In this document: in pieces, positions 24,106 through 34,690 of the stretch
How positions within the stretch are numbered: position 1 is the first letter of the stretch
How the letters are laid out: each line of letters starts with the position of its first letter
Assembly: GCF_004010195.1 (NCBI RefSeq)
Contig: NC_057728.1
Span: forward strand, 46,342,645 to 46,406,644
Reading direction: 5' to 3'
Length of the DNA: 64,000 bases
Source of the DNA: Chiloscyllium plagiosum
Taxonomy: Eukaryota
The notes under the pieces: model-generated
Databases searched by the model: none
What the model saw: the letters and a program-made list of their open reading frames with translations, nothing else
Told to the model about the DNA's origin: nothing
Position numbers and translations under genes: made by a program

Positions 24106-25140
24106 TAAACACAGGTAGAGGGTGCAACCTGGTTGGTCAATGGGAGGAATGAATCCAGTTGGTGGCTGGAAGGAAAGGTTGATGAGAGGAATGGAAGGAA
24201 AGGGGCGGAGCTGGGAAGGGAGTCAGGGGATGGGAAAGGAGTTTATTTGAAACTGGTGAACTCAATGTTGAGTCCTCCGGGCTCTACCTGTGTTCACCTA
24301 TGTCGAAAGTGTAGTGCTGAAAAAGGCAGCACCCGAGGAGCAGGAGAATCAACATTTTGGGCATAAGCTGATTGGGCATTCCTGATGCTCCCCGGGATGC
24401 TGCTTGACCTGCTGTGCTTTTCCAGCACTACACTCTTGACTCTGATCTCCAGCATCTGCAGTCCTCACTTTCTCCTGTGTTCACCTATCCCCTCTTCACC
24501 ACCCTACCCCCACCTCCCCCTTTATCTGCAGCTCCTTCTACACCCAACCCTAGTTCTGAAGAAGGGTTACACTCGAACTGTTGACTTCTCCACCTCCGGA
24601 TGCTGCCTGGCTTGCTGTATTCTTCCAGCCTCCTGCTTGTCTACCTTGGATTCCAGCATCTGCAGGGTTTTTGTTGTTTCTAACCATGTTTGCACCACTG
24701 AGAAATCTTTTCAAAGGATGCCCACTTTGAAGAAGCTCTCTGCATCTCTCAGATGTGCACTCATTGAGTCTCTTTCTCACTGCCACTCTGCCATGACCTC
24801 TTCAAGGGCAGCCTACAGTCCCAAGAACTCAGCGTTGAGTTTTCCAGCTTCAAATAACCTCACTTCCCATCCCCCAACTCCCTTCCCAGCCCCTCCCCCT
24901 TCCTTCCACTTCTCCCTGCTACCTACCGGATTCATTCCTCCCATTGACCAACCAGGTCGTACCCACCACCTGTCTTCACCTATCCCCACCTCACCACCCT
25001 ACACCCCAAACCCCCTTTATCTGCAGCTTCCCCTGCACCCACCCCCAGTCCTGAAGAAGGGTTACACTCAAAATGTTGACTTCTCAATCTTCGGATGCTG
25101 CCTGGCTTGCTGTTTTCTTCTAGCCTCATGATTGTCTCCG
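24106..25140 (+). mobile_element. Two tandem PLE 3' termini (first with inverted 5' part 24106-24281), each with a hammerhead-like motif
   Basis: ~24480-24650 is repeated at ~24975-25135. Motifs are GTT-CTGAAGA-AGGGTTACACTC-GAACTGTT-GAC (24553-24585) and GTC-CTGAAGA-AGGGTTACACTC-AAAATGTT-GAC (25048-25080). The ORF end ...LSVEFSSFK* lies near 24830-24858. Confidence 0.8.
24302..24473. mobile_element. Fold-back short PLE-terminus insert nested in another PLE terminus, 15-bp TSD
   Basis: CCTGTGTTCACCTAT occurs at 24287-24301 and 24474-24488. Confidence 0.85.
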
Positions 25141-25215
25141 TTAGCATAGCCTGTTATAGCATGGAGCTGTCAATATTGTTGAGAAAGGTTTCAATTTATT
25201 TCCATCCCATGGCTG

Positions 25216-25365
25216 ACATTTTGGGCATAAGCTGATTGGGCATTCCTGATGTAGGGCTTATGGCTGAAATGCTGATTCTCCTGCTTCCCTGGATGCTGCT
25301 TGACCTGCTGTGCTTTTCCAGCACTACACTCTCGACTCTCATCTCCAGCATCTGCAGTCCTTACC
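25216..25365 (+). mobile_element. Short PLE-terminus element sharing the inversion junction of 24302-24473
   Basis: ACATTTTGGGCATAAGCTGATTGGGCATTCCTGATG occurs at both 24352-24387 and 25216-25251. A decayed hammerhead CTGATGTAGGGCTTATGGCTGAAATGCT is present. Confidence 0.8.
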
Positions 25366-26095
25366 ACCAGACTCTTACCACCCGCCACATTGGTGTATGT
25401 TGGAAAGATTTACAAATTGATGCTCAATCTGATTGGCTATATTAATAATGCACTTTCCTTCCGATTGGTGACAAAACCCTACAGTGGGACTTGAAGTTAA
25501 GAGTTCCTTATTCCAAGGCAGGGATACTGCCACTGCCCCATAAGACCTCCTGTGAACTGAGGTAGCAGTGGGCTAATGCAGGAAATCAAAATGCCAGGTC
25601 TAATTTACAATGACACTGAACTGTTACAGAGAATGGGAAGTGTGACATTAATGGGACAACATTTCAACATAACAGAAAAATCAACAGCAAGAAGGAAGAA
25701 GAAAGTAATGTAGTAGGAGGTGTGAAGGTGCAATACGTGGTCAGGTTTTTTTTTGCTGCGAATACAAGGATTAAAAATAAAATGACATTTTCCACAAGGA
25801 ACAAAACAAAATAGGTGAAAAACCAGGAGTATCCAGAAAAATGTTTGCAACATTCGTCATGGAAATTCAATTACAAAATTCATGACCAGGAAATTAGAAG
25901 AAACTAAGGACTAGTGCATACATTTGATCTTTCATTAAGGTAACATTTTCCTCACCTGTTTCTTGAAGATGTCCACATTGTTTCTCTACTTAACTTATCA
26001 AAATACCTTTGGAGGTGAATACTATATTGGAGACAAGTTTGAATAATAGCCAGAAGCAAGTATTAAGGGAAGATTTTAGATAATGTGATTGTTAG

Positions 26096-26190
26096 GACTG
26101 AAGAAGGGCTTTTGCCCGAAACATCAATTTTCCTACTCCTCAGATGCTGCCTGACCTATTGTGCTTTTCCAGCACCTCTCTAGTCTAGAG
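26096..26190 (+). mobile_element. Short PLE-terminus element beginning at the hammerhead core
   Basis: CTGAAGA-AGGGCTTTTGCCC-GAAACATC, then CTCCTCAGATGCTGCCTGACC. GACTGAA occurs at both ends. Confidence 0.75.
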
Positions 26191-26316
26191 ACTGAAATTT
26201 CCATTGGGTGATGCAAAGAGAACAATGCACCCAGAAATATTGGGTGAATATTTTTTAAAGGACCCATAACTTATCTTGGGTTGTCCCTTCTGCCTAAATC
26301 ATTGCTTGGACAATAA

Positions 26317-26531
26317 AGTTAAAAACCTCACAACGCCAGGTTATAGTCCAACAGGTTTATGTGGAGGCACTAGCTTTCAAAGCGCTGCTCCTTCAACAAG
26401 TTCTTCAATCACCTGATGAAGAAGCAGTGCTTCAAAAGTTAGTGCTTTTAAATAAACCTGTTGGACTATAAGCTGGTGTTGTGTCATTTTTAACTTTGCC
26501 CACCCCAGTCCAATACCGGCACCTCCAAATC
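26317..26531. mobile_element. Palindromic hammerhead-bearing element (GAAAGCTA family), 10-bp TSD
   Basis: TGGACAATAA occurs at 26307-26316 and 26532-26541. The arms CCAGGTTATAGTCCAACAGGTTTAT / ATAAACCTGTTGGACTATAAGCTGG are inverted, and there is an unpaired 3' tip CCCCAGTCCAATACCGGCACCTCC. Confidence 0.85.
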
Positions 26532-27035
26532 TGGACAATAAGTATACTTAGTTTATGTCCCAATATGTCAAAAGCTTCTTCATTATGTTCTGCTGAGACA
26601 CTCTAACACATACAATGATTGTGTGACTAGGAAACAAATATGCTTTATATTTTGGCTAAATTGACAGAATGGGTCAGCAAAAGAATGTATCAATGCATTT
26701 TTTAAGCCATATAGATCAGAGAAGTATTTGCTATTGCAGTGTGGCCACTTGATTAGATTCCAATATGGTATTGCTTTCGGTTCTCATCACCTGATCAAGG
26801 GAACAATATAAACCCCGGTCGTCCATTCAGTGGTGGAGAAAGTGCACTCACCACTGATGATGATTTAAGTTTTCCATTGACTAATTCACCCCAGAGCCTC
26901 TGCACTTTCTGGTCTTGAATGCAGTTTGAAACCTGTGATGAAGGGAATAGGATAACCAAATGGCAAGTGTAATTCCAGTGAATCTACACTACCTATTTTT
27001 TTAAATGAACTGATGATACACCCTTTAAATTGTGT

Positions 27036-27790
27036 CTTAGAGTCTTAGAATCATAGAGTCATACAGCACAGAAACAGATCCTTTGGTCTAACCAGTCCAT
27101 ACTGAACATATTCCCAAACTAAACTAGTCTCACCTGCCTGCTCCTGGTCCATATCCCTCCAAGTCCTTCCTAATCATGTATCTATCCAAATGTCTTTCAA
27201 ATGTCGTAATTGTATCCACATCAACGACATAGAACATAGAACATAGAACATAGAATCCTGGTCCATATCCCTCCAAGTCCTTCCTAATCATGTATCTATC
27301 CAAATGTCTTTCAAATGTCGTAATTGTATCCACATCAACGACTTCCTCAGAAAGTTCATTCCACACGCGAACCACCCTCTGTGTAAAACATTTGCCTCTC
27401 ATGTCTTTTTTAAATCTCTCTCCTCTCAATTTAAAAATGTGCTCTCTAGTCTTGAAACCCCCATCCTAGGGAAAAGACAACTACCATTAACTCTGTCTGT
27501 ACCTCTCATTATTTATAAACTCCTATGCTCGAGCGAAAGAAGTCTCGGCCTCTCCAGCCTTTCTTTATAACTCAAACCTTCCAAACCCAGTAATATCCTG
27601 ATAAATCTCTTCTGAACAATCTCCAGCTTACTAACGTCTTTCCTATAATTGGGCAACCAGACTGTACATAATACTCCAGAAGAGGACTCACCAATGTCCT
27701 GTACAACCTCAACATGACTCCCCAACTCCAACACTCAAAGGTCTGAGCAATGAAGTCAAGCATTCCAAACACCATTTCAACCACCCTTTC
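27036..27790 (-). mobile_element. CR1/HER1-like LINE 3' fragment with internal 87-bp duplication
   Basis: MRGERFKKDMRGKCFTQRVVRVWNELSEEVVD and WGVMLRLYRTLVSPLLEY. Confidence 0.9.
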
Positions 27791-27994
27791 AAATTCATTG
27801 GCTGCACCGTTTCTAAATGGAACTGTAAAACTAAATTGCAGAGCCTCACCCTGCTGTAAGTGCTATCAAACCCTCCCTCACACTTCAATATGTTCATGCA
27901 CTCAATGAAACCTAATAATGCTCACGCCCTTGACATCAGCTCAGTAACTGAACAATGAGCTAAAGAAACAGTACCAAAGTCTCACTGAGGCTAT

Positions 27995-28225
27995 CATTGA
28001 TGGTGTGTTGTACATGGATTTTCAGAAGGCATTTGATACATGCCACACAACAGACTTGTGAAGAAAGTTATGGGTCATGGAATCAAAGGAGCAGTAACAA
28101 CATCAATTCAAAATTAGCTGAGTATAGAAAATGGAAAGGTAGTCAATGGATATTTTTTGGGCTGGAAGAAGGTTTGTAGTGGAGGTCTTTAGAGGTCAGT
28201 ATTGGAAGCTTTGCTTTTCCTGATA
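27995..28225 (+). mobile_element. Old CR1 RT fragment
   Basis: DGVLYMDFQKAFD-like sequence (TACATGGATTTTCAGAAGGCATTTGATA). Confidence 0.65.
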
Positions 28226-28769
28226 TAGCATAAGTTAAGTTGCCATAGTTCAAGGCGGTTCTTTCATTACAGAGCAATGACTGGTGGCCATTTAAATTGA
28301 GGGTCACCATGCCCCAGGAAAGGAGTAAGGTATGGAAGGTGGGATCGTCATGGTGACCTCAGCCATTACAGGAATAGAAAATGTGCTGTTGGTGCCACCT
28401 TGCTTTACAAATTGCTATCTAGCCAACTAATGCCAGCAGGGTTCTGCTGATGCCAACTTCCCTGGATGAAAGGTACGCTGTTTCTGCCCATGAGATGTTA
28501 GGAAATGGAGGTGGACATAAAGATTCAGAGATGCAGATAGCAAACTGAATCTGCCAGATAACTGCTCTGACTTTCACGCCAGGGCATTGTGCCACCTAAC
28601 TTCTTGCCAGTGATTGGGATAATACAAACTGTATTTGATAAGGCCAAAATTAACTAATAATGAGATGCTAATACATGGAAATAAGGTGGTCACCATTTAC
28701 TAGCAAGATTCTTATTTGAGCCATTAAAACTTCATAAAGTATATTTGGACTTGTTTTTCCAACACTGAG

Positions 28770-29110
28770 AATGTACAGAATCTCCACAGCATGGAAGCAG
28801 GCCATTCGGCCTACCCAGTCCACACTAACACCCCTGAAGAGTATCTCACTGAGACCCAACCCTCTATCTTACCCCTGTAACTCTGCATTTCCCACAGCTA
28901 ATCTGCCCAGCCTGCACATCGCTGGACACAATGGGTGGTTTAGCATGGTCAATCTACCTAACCTGCAATCTCTTGGACTGGGGGAAGAAACTGGAACACC
29001 TGGAGGAAACTCACGCAGACATGGGGAGAATGTGCAAACTCCACACAGACAGTCGCCTGAGAGTAGAATTGAACCCAGGTCCTTAGAACTATAAGGCGGC
29101 AGTGAGAATC
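28770..29110 (-). mobile_element. HE1-like V-SINE
   Basis: GGAGGAAACTCACGCAGACATGGGGAGAATGTGCAAACTCCACACAGACAG is the antisense V domain. A B box (GGTTCAATTC on the minus strand) and a CR1-derived tail are present. Confidence 0.85.
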
Positions 29111-29439
29111 ATAATGTTTTTTTCATTCTTGCTGGATTCTCCTTAATTTCTTGATATGACTGACACGTCTAACTAAAGAACCATCCGAAAACCAAACGTC
29201 GCCTATAGCCTCATATATCACTACCAGAAAACAAGTTAACACACAATCTATTATATGAAAATTGGGCATTCTAATTCATCAGATAGCATCTGGAACATAA
29301 TTGAAGTAACTGTGATGTGCTTTGGTACATAAGCTAACATCTGATTGGAAATTAGTTCATGGACCATTTACAATAATGGAAAAATACAATATACATTGTT
29401 AATTCAACTGAACAAGCACTGAACTGATATGAAAGTCAG

Positions 29440-30255
29440 AGATTCAGAGAGATGTACAGCACAGAAATAGACCCTTCAGTCCAACTTGTTCATGCCAATC
29501 AGATATCCTAAATAAATCTAGTCCCATTTCCCAGCACTTGGTCCATATCCCTCTAAATCTTTCCTGTTTATATACCCATCCAGATGCCTTTTAAGTGTTG
29601 TAATTGTACGAGCCTCCACCACTGCCTCTGACAGCTCATTCCATACACATACCACCCTCTGAGTGAAAAGGTTGCAGGTCTTTTTAAAATCTTTCCCCTC
29701 TCACCTTATACTGATGCCCTCTAGTTTGGGTTCCCCCACTCCAGAAAAAAGACCTTGCCTATTTATCCTATCCATGCCCCTCAAGATTTTATAAATCTCG
29801 ATAAGGTCACCCCTCAACCTCTGGTGCTTCACGGAAAATAGCCCCAGCCTATTCAGCCCCTTCCTCTAGCTCAAATTCTCTAACCTTGTCAACATCCTTG
29901 TAAATCTTTTTCTGAACCCTTTCAAGTTTCACAACATCCTCCCTGTAGGAGCAAGACCAGAATTGCAGACAACATTCCAAAAGTGGCCAAACCAAAATAC
30001 GTATATTGTATTTTTCCATTATTGTAAATGGTCCATGAACTAATTTCCAAAAGTGTCCTGTACAGCCACAACATGACCACAACTGCTCTACTCAGTGCAG
30101 TGACCAATAAAGGCAAGCATACCCAACACCTTCATCACTATCCTATCTACCTGCAACTCCACTTTCAAAGAATTATGAACTTACACTCCAAGGTATCTTT
30201 GTTCAGCAACACTCCCCAGGATCTTAGCATTAAGTGTATAAGTCCTGCCCTGATT
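29440..30255 (-). mobile_element. CR1/HER1-like LINE 3' fragment, carrying an inverted templated insertion
   Basis: PLLECCLQFWSCSYREDVVKLERVQKK and a typical 3' UTR. Confidence 0.9.
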
Positions 30256-30369
30256 TTACTGAAGATGCTGTGTTTGAATTTGCGTGCACAGCTTAAATAA
30301 ACTAATGGCTATACTTCTAGCAGATGTATGGGAGGAGGCTCAAGTGTGACATTAACACTGACGTAGATT

Positions 30370-30521
30370 CAGTGAAAATCACACAACACTAGGCTATAGT
30401 CCAACTGATTTTTTTGCATTCCAAAGGCTTGTATTTTCAAATAAACCTGTTGGACTATAACCTGGTGTTGTGTGATTTTTAACTTTGTCCACCCCAGTCC
30501 AACACCGGCACCTCCACATCA
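30370..30521. mobile_element. Palindromic PLE-terminus element (hammerhead lost)
   Basis: AAAATCACACAACACTAGGCTATAGTCCAAC / GTTGGACTATAACCTGGTGTTGTGTGATTTT, flanked by TAGATT on both sides. Confidence 0.8.
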
Positions 30522-33011
30522 TAGATTTGTTGGACAGATGATTTGTTTCTGTGTACTATATCCTATGTAACACGAAATAATTCATTCGTCAGAGGAAGAT
30601 GCTACACTTGATTTCTGGATGGCTTTAATTGTTCTCAATCTCCTTCAACGTACAAGTGGAAAAATCAATCTTGGCTTTATGTTCTTGCTTGTTTTCTGAT
30701 GAATCCTGTTGGAAAGTGCATATCTATAAATATCAGATCAGGATAGCATCAAGCTTGTGACTGAATCGCTTTCATTAAATGACCTAAATGCATACACTAC
30801 CACTCGCTCACATAGGCAATTGTTGCTTCTGTGAGGTGCAGGAAAGCAAGACACAGTTATGGAAATATGTATCAGCAGTAGTCATTACCTTTGAGAAAGA
30901 CAGAGAGAAAAAGAAATATTGGCCAGGCTTGAAATACATATAGAAGAGGACAACTATAGTTGTAGTTGTCCTGTTCAATTTTGATGCGTTTAGACAGATG
31001 AAATGACAAGAGACGATTAAAATGATTTTGGATTCACCTCTTGGGATGAAAGGCAAGGCTGATAGGTGTAGGAAATGATGGATGACCAGAGAAATTGTGG
31101 TCTTGGTTAAGAAAAAGAAGGAAGCATATGTCAGGTATAGACAGGAGAAATCAACTGAATCCTTAGAAAAGTATAAAGGCAGTAAGAGTATACTTAAGAG
31201 GGAAATCAGGAGGGCAAAAAAGGGGACAAGAGATAGCTTTGGCAAATAGGAGAATCCAAAGGCTTTTTAAAAGTACATTAAAGAGAAAAAGGTAACTAGG
31301 GAGAGAATAGGGCCCCGGAAGGATCAGCAAGACAGTCTTTGTGTAGAACTGTAGGAAATGGGGGAGATACTAAATGAGTACTTCGCACCAGTGTTTACTG
31401 TGAAGAAGGACATGGAAAATATAGAATGTGAGGAAATAGATGGTGACATCTTGAAAAATGTCCATATTACAAAGAAGAAGGTGCTGGATGTCTTGAAACG
31501 GTTAAAAGTGGATAAATATCCAGGACCTGATCAGATGTACTCTAGAGCTCTGTGGGAAGCTAGGGAAGTGATTACTGGGCCCCTTGCTGAGATATTTGTA
31601 TCATCAATAGTCACAGGTGAGGTGCCAGAAGACTGGAGGTTGGCAAACGTGGTAGCACTATTTAAGGAAGGTGGTAAGGACAAGCCAGGGAACAATAGAC
31701 CAGTGAACCTGACGTCGGTGGTGGGCAAGATGTTGGAGGGAATCCTGAGAGACAGGATTTACATGTATTTGTAAAAGCAAGGACTGATTAGGGATAGTCA
31801 ACATGGCTTTTGTGCATGGGAAATCATGCCTCACAAACTTGATTGAGTTTTTTGAAGAAGTAACAAAGAGGATTGATGAGGGCAGAGTGGTAGATGTGAT
31901 CTATATGGACTTCAGTAAGGCGTTTGACAAGGTTCCCCATGGGAGACTGATTAGCAAGGTTAGAGTTCATGGAATACAGGGAGAACTAGCCATTTGGATA
32001 CAGAGGTGGCTCAAAGGTAGAAGACAGAGGGTGGTGGTGGAGGGTTGTTTTTCAGACTGGAGGGCTGTGACCAGTGGAGTGCCACAAGGATCGGTGCTGG
32101 GTCCTCTACTTTTTGTCATTTTTATAAATTATTTGAATGCAAGCATAAGAGGTACAATTAGTAAGTTTGCAGATGACACCAAAATTGGAGGTGTAGTGGA
32201 CAGTGAAGGGGGTTACCTCAGATTACAACAGGATCTGGACCAGATGGGCTAATGGGCTGAGAAGTGGCAGATGGAGTTTAATTCGGATAAATGCGAGGTG
32301 CTACATTTTGGGAAAGCAAATCTTAGCAGGACTTATACACTTAATGGTAAGGTCCTAGGAAGTGTTGCTGAACAAAGAGACTTTGTAGTGCAGGTTCATA
32401 GTTCCTGAAAGTAGAGTCACAGGTAGATAGGATAGTGAAGAAGGCGTTTGGTATGCTTTCAGAATATTGTGTATAGGAGTTGGGAGGTCATGTTGCGGCT
32501 ATACAGGACATTGATTAGGCCACTTTTGGAATGTTGTCTGCAATTCTGGTCTCAGTCTTACAGGGAGGATGTTGTGAAACTTGAAAGGGTTCAAAAAAAG
32601 ATTAACAAGGATGTTGCCAGGGTTGGAGGATTTGAGCAATAGGGAGAGGTTGAATAGGCTGGGGCTGTTTTCCCTGGAGCGTTGGAGGCTAAGGGGTGAT
32701 CTTATAGAGGTTTATAAAATCATGAGTGACATGAGGGACAGGATAAACAGACAAGGTCTTTTCCCTGGGGTGGGGGAGTCCAGAACTGGAGGACATAGGT
32801 TTAGGTTGAGAGGGGAAAGATATAAAAGTGACATAAGGGGCAACCTTTTCACACAGAGGGTGGTACATGTATGGAATGAGCTGCCAGAGGAATTGGTGGA
32901 AGTTGATACAATTACATTTTAAATACAATTTAAAAGGTATCTGGATGTGTATATGAGAAAGAAGGGTTTAAAGAGATATGGGCCAAGTGCTGGCAAATGG
33001 AACTAGATTAG

Positions 33012-33237
33012 TTGTGGTTCTGTTCGCCGAGCTGGGAATTTGTGTTGCAGACGTTTCGTCCCCTGTCTAGGTGATATCCTCAGTGCTTTGGAGCCTCCTG
33101 TGAAGCGCTTCTGTGATCTTTCCTCCGCCATTTGTAGTGTTTTAATCTGCCGCTTCTGGTTGTCATTTCCAGCTGTCTGTTGCAGTGGTCGATATATTGG
33201 GTCCAGGTCGATGTGCTTACAAATTTTCTCACAAACT
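33012..33237 (-). mobile_element. PLE terminus inserted into the CR1 3' UTR, 14-bp TSD
   Basis: TGGAACTAGATTAG occurs at 32998-33011 and 33238-33251. The minus strand has the ORF end KHIDLDPIYRPLQ. A short opposite-orientation tip TACAAATTTTCTCACAAACT is present. Confidence 0.9.
33047..33086 (-). ncRNA. Minimal type I hammerhead ribozyme motif, intact core
   Basis: The minus strand reads GCA-CUGAGGA-UAUCACC UAGACA GGGGAC-GAA-ACGU-C^UGC. Stem I is GCA/UGC and stem II is imperfect. Confidence 0.7.
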
Positions 33238-34511
33238 TGGAACTAGATTAGGTTAGGATAACTGGTTGGCATGGACGAGTTGGACCGAAGGCCCTGTTTC
33301 CATGCTGTACATCTCTAAGACTCTGTGGCTCTAACTACACCGATTTTAATCTGTTTGCAACAGATACTTTATAGACTTTGCTGCCATCTAGAGGACAGCA
33401 TGATTTTGCCTCTGTCCCTCAAGCCAAAGTTATCTTTCCAAATTCTTCTGAAAACTAATAATAAGCATTGCAAAGTTATATCTAAAGATGTCAGGCAACT
33501 TGTGAATTTTTAAAATAATTTTGAGCAATTGCTGCCTGGAGAAATATGTTATTTAAAAATGATGTAAATATAGCATTCAACGTGGTAATCATTTTATTAC
33601 CCAGGCTAACACATTCTTTAACGATAGGACTAAATTGAAAGACTGGAATTTGCTAACTCTGTAGTTTACCTGCATAGGATACCAAACCTGAGGCATCTTA
33701 TAGTATATGAATAAACTAAAAGATCAAATCGTTCAAAATATAAAAAGTTCCTTATGGTAGATTTAAGCTGCCAAAGTCAGCTGTCTTTGTACTGCAGACC
33801 ATAGGAAATTAAAAGTAAGAAATCCTCCTTCAGCAGATTTAATAAAGTTACAAATTTACTAATTTTAGTCAATAGTGGGTATATCACTTGATACTGATGT
33901 TTTTTAAAAGTTTACATAGATGTAAATTACCTCAGACTGAATGTGAAATTCTCTCTGTCTTACCAAAAGGATCATTTACTATGAGAATTAATCAATTCTC
34001 TCTCTTTAAACATTAATGGGTATAAAATACTCTCTTCCTTAAGCATGAGATATGCTTTCACTAACCATGACTAGCCATGGAGGCAATAATGCTATCATGC
34101 CTGTGAGCCAAGTTATGTGCACAACTTGCTTCCACTGCCTCCTCAAGCTGGTATATGATGACTGCTTGCTCATCCAACTATATTAGCTTCCCTTCTGGTC
34201 TCAACACTGGCTTCCAGTCTTTCCAGCTTAATAAGTCTCTTCTGCAATGTGCCATTTTGCTTACTGCAATCTTCCCACTCAATTGAATAGGAGTCTTCCA
34301 GAACTGCAACATCCCTTTAACAGGGAGTTTGCCTTTAAGAATAAAAGCTGGCTAGACAATGTGGTTAACAAACAATGCTGCCTGGATAATATGCAAAGCA
34401 CAGAGTTGTAAGCAGAGGAGAGCAGCGTGGGAGCGAATTGGACCTTCACAACAATCATTTAGCTGAGATGGGTACACAAATTTCTTATATTGCCCATTGG
34501 CAATGTTGGCA

Positions 34512-34690
34512 GAAGTCACATGACACCAGGTTAGAGTCCAACAGGTTTATTTGAAATCACAAGCTTTCACCAGATGAAGGGGCAGTGCTCTGAAAGCTTG
34601 TGATTACAAATAAACCTGTTGGACTAGAACCTGGTGTCATGTGATTTCTGACCTTGTCCACCCCAGTCCATCACCAGCACCTCCACATCT
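34512..34690. mobile_element. Palindromic hammerhead-bearing element (GAAAGCTT variant)
   Basis: Arms GTCACATGACACCAGGTTAGAGTCCAACAGG / CCTGTTGGACTAGAACCTGGTGTCATGTGA surround the centre CAC-CAGATGA-AGGGGCAGTGCTCT-GAAAGCTT-GTG. Confidence 0.8.

Larger units (their letters stand above)
31043..33332 (+). mobile_element. CR1/HER1-like LINE, ~2.1 kb of ORF2 (whole RT domain region) plus 3' UTR; inactivated
   Basis: EVPEDWRLANVVALFK, KSCLTNLIEFFEEV, YMDFSKAFDKVPHGRL, VTSGVPQGSVLGPLLF, KFADDTKIGG and QRVVHVWNELPEE are present, with several stops and frameshifts. Confidence 0.95.

Noticed and set aside
24385..25131. 248-aa Pro/Leu/Ser-rich ORF with an internal repeat
   Set aside because: It is a fortuitous read-through of C-rich non-coding PLE termini, and the repeat reflects the tandem termini.
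31358..32922. Consecutive RT-like ORFs as a functional gene or active LINE
   Set aside because: There are multiple stops and frameshifts, the element is 5'-truncated, and it lacks an endonuclease domain. It is a dead CR1 copy.
13647..33086. Strand bias of intact hammerheads (both on the minus strand) as evidence of a plus-strand host transcript
   Set aside because: Only two fully intact copies exist and no host gene orientation is known, so it is not interpretable.
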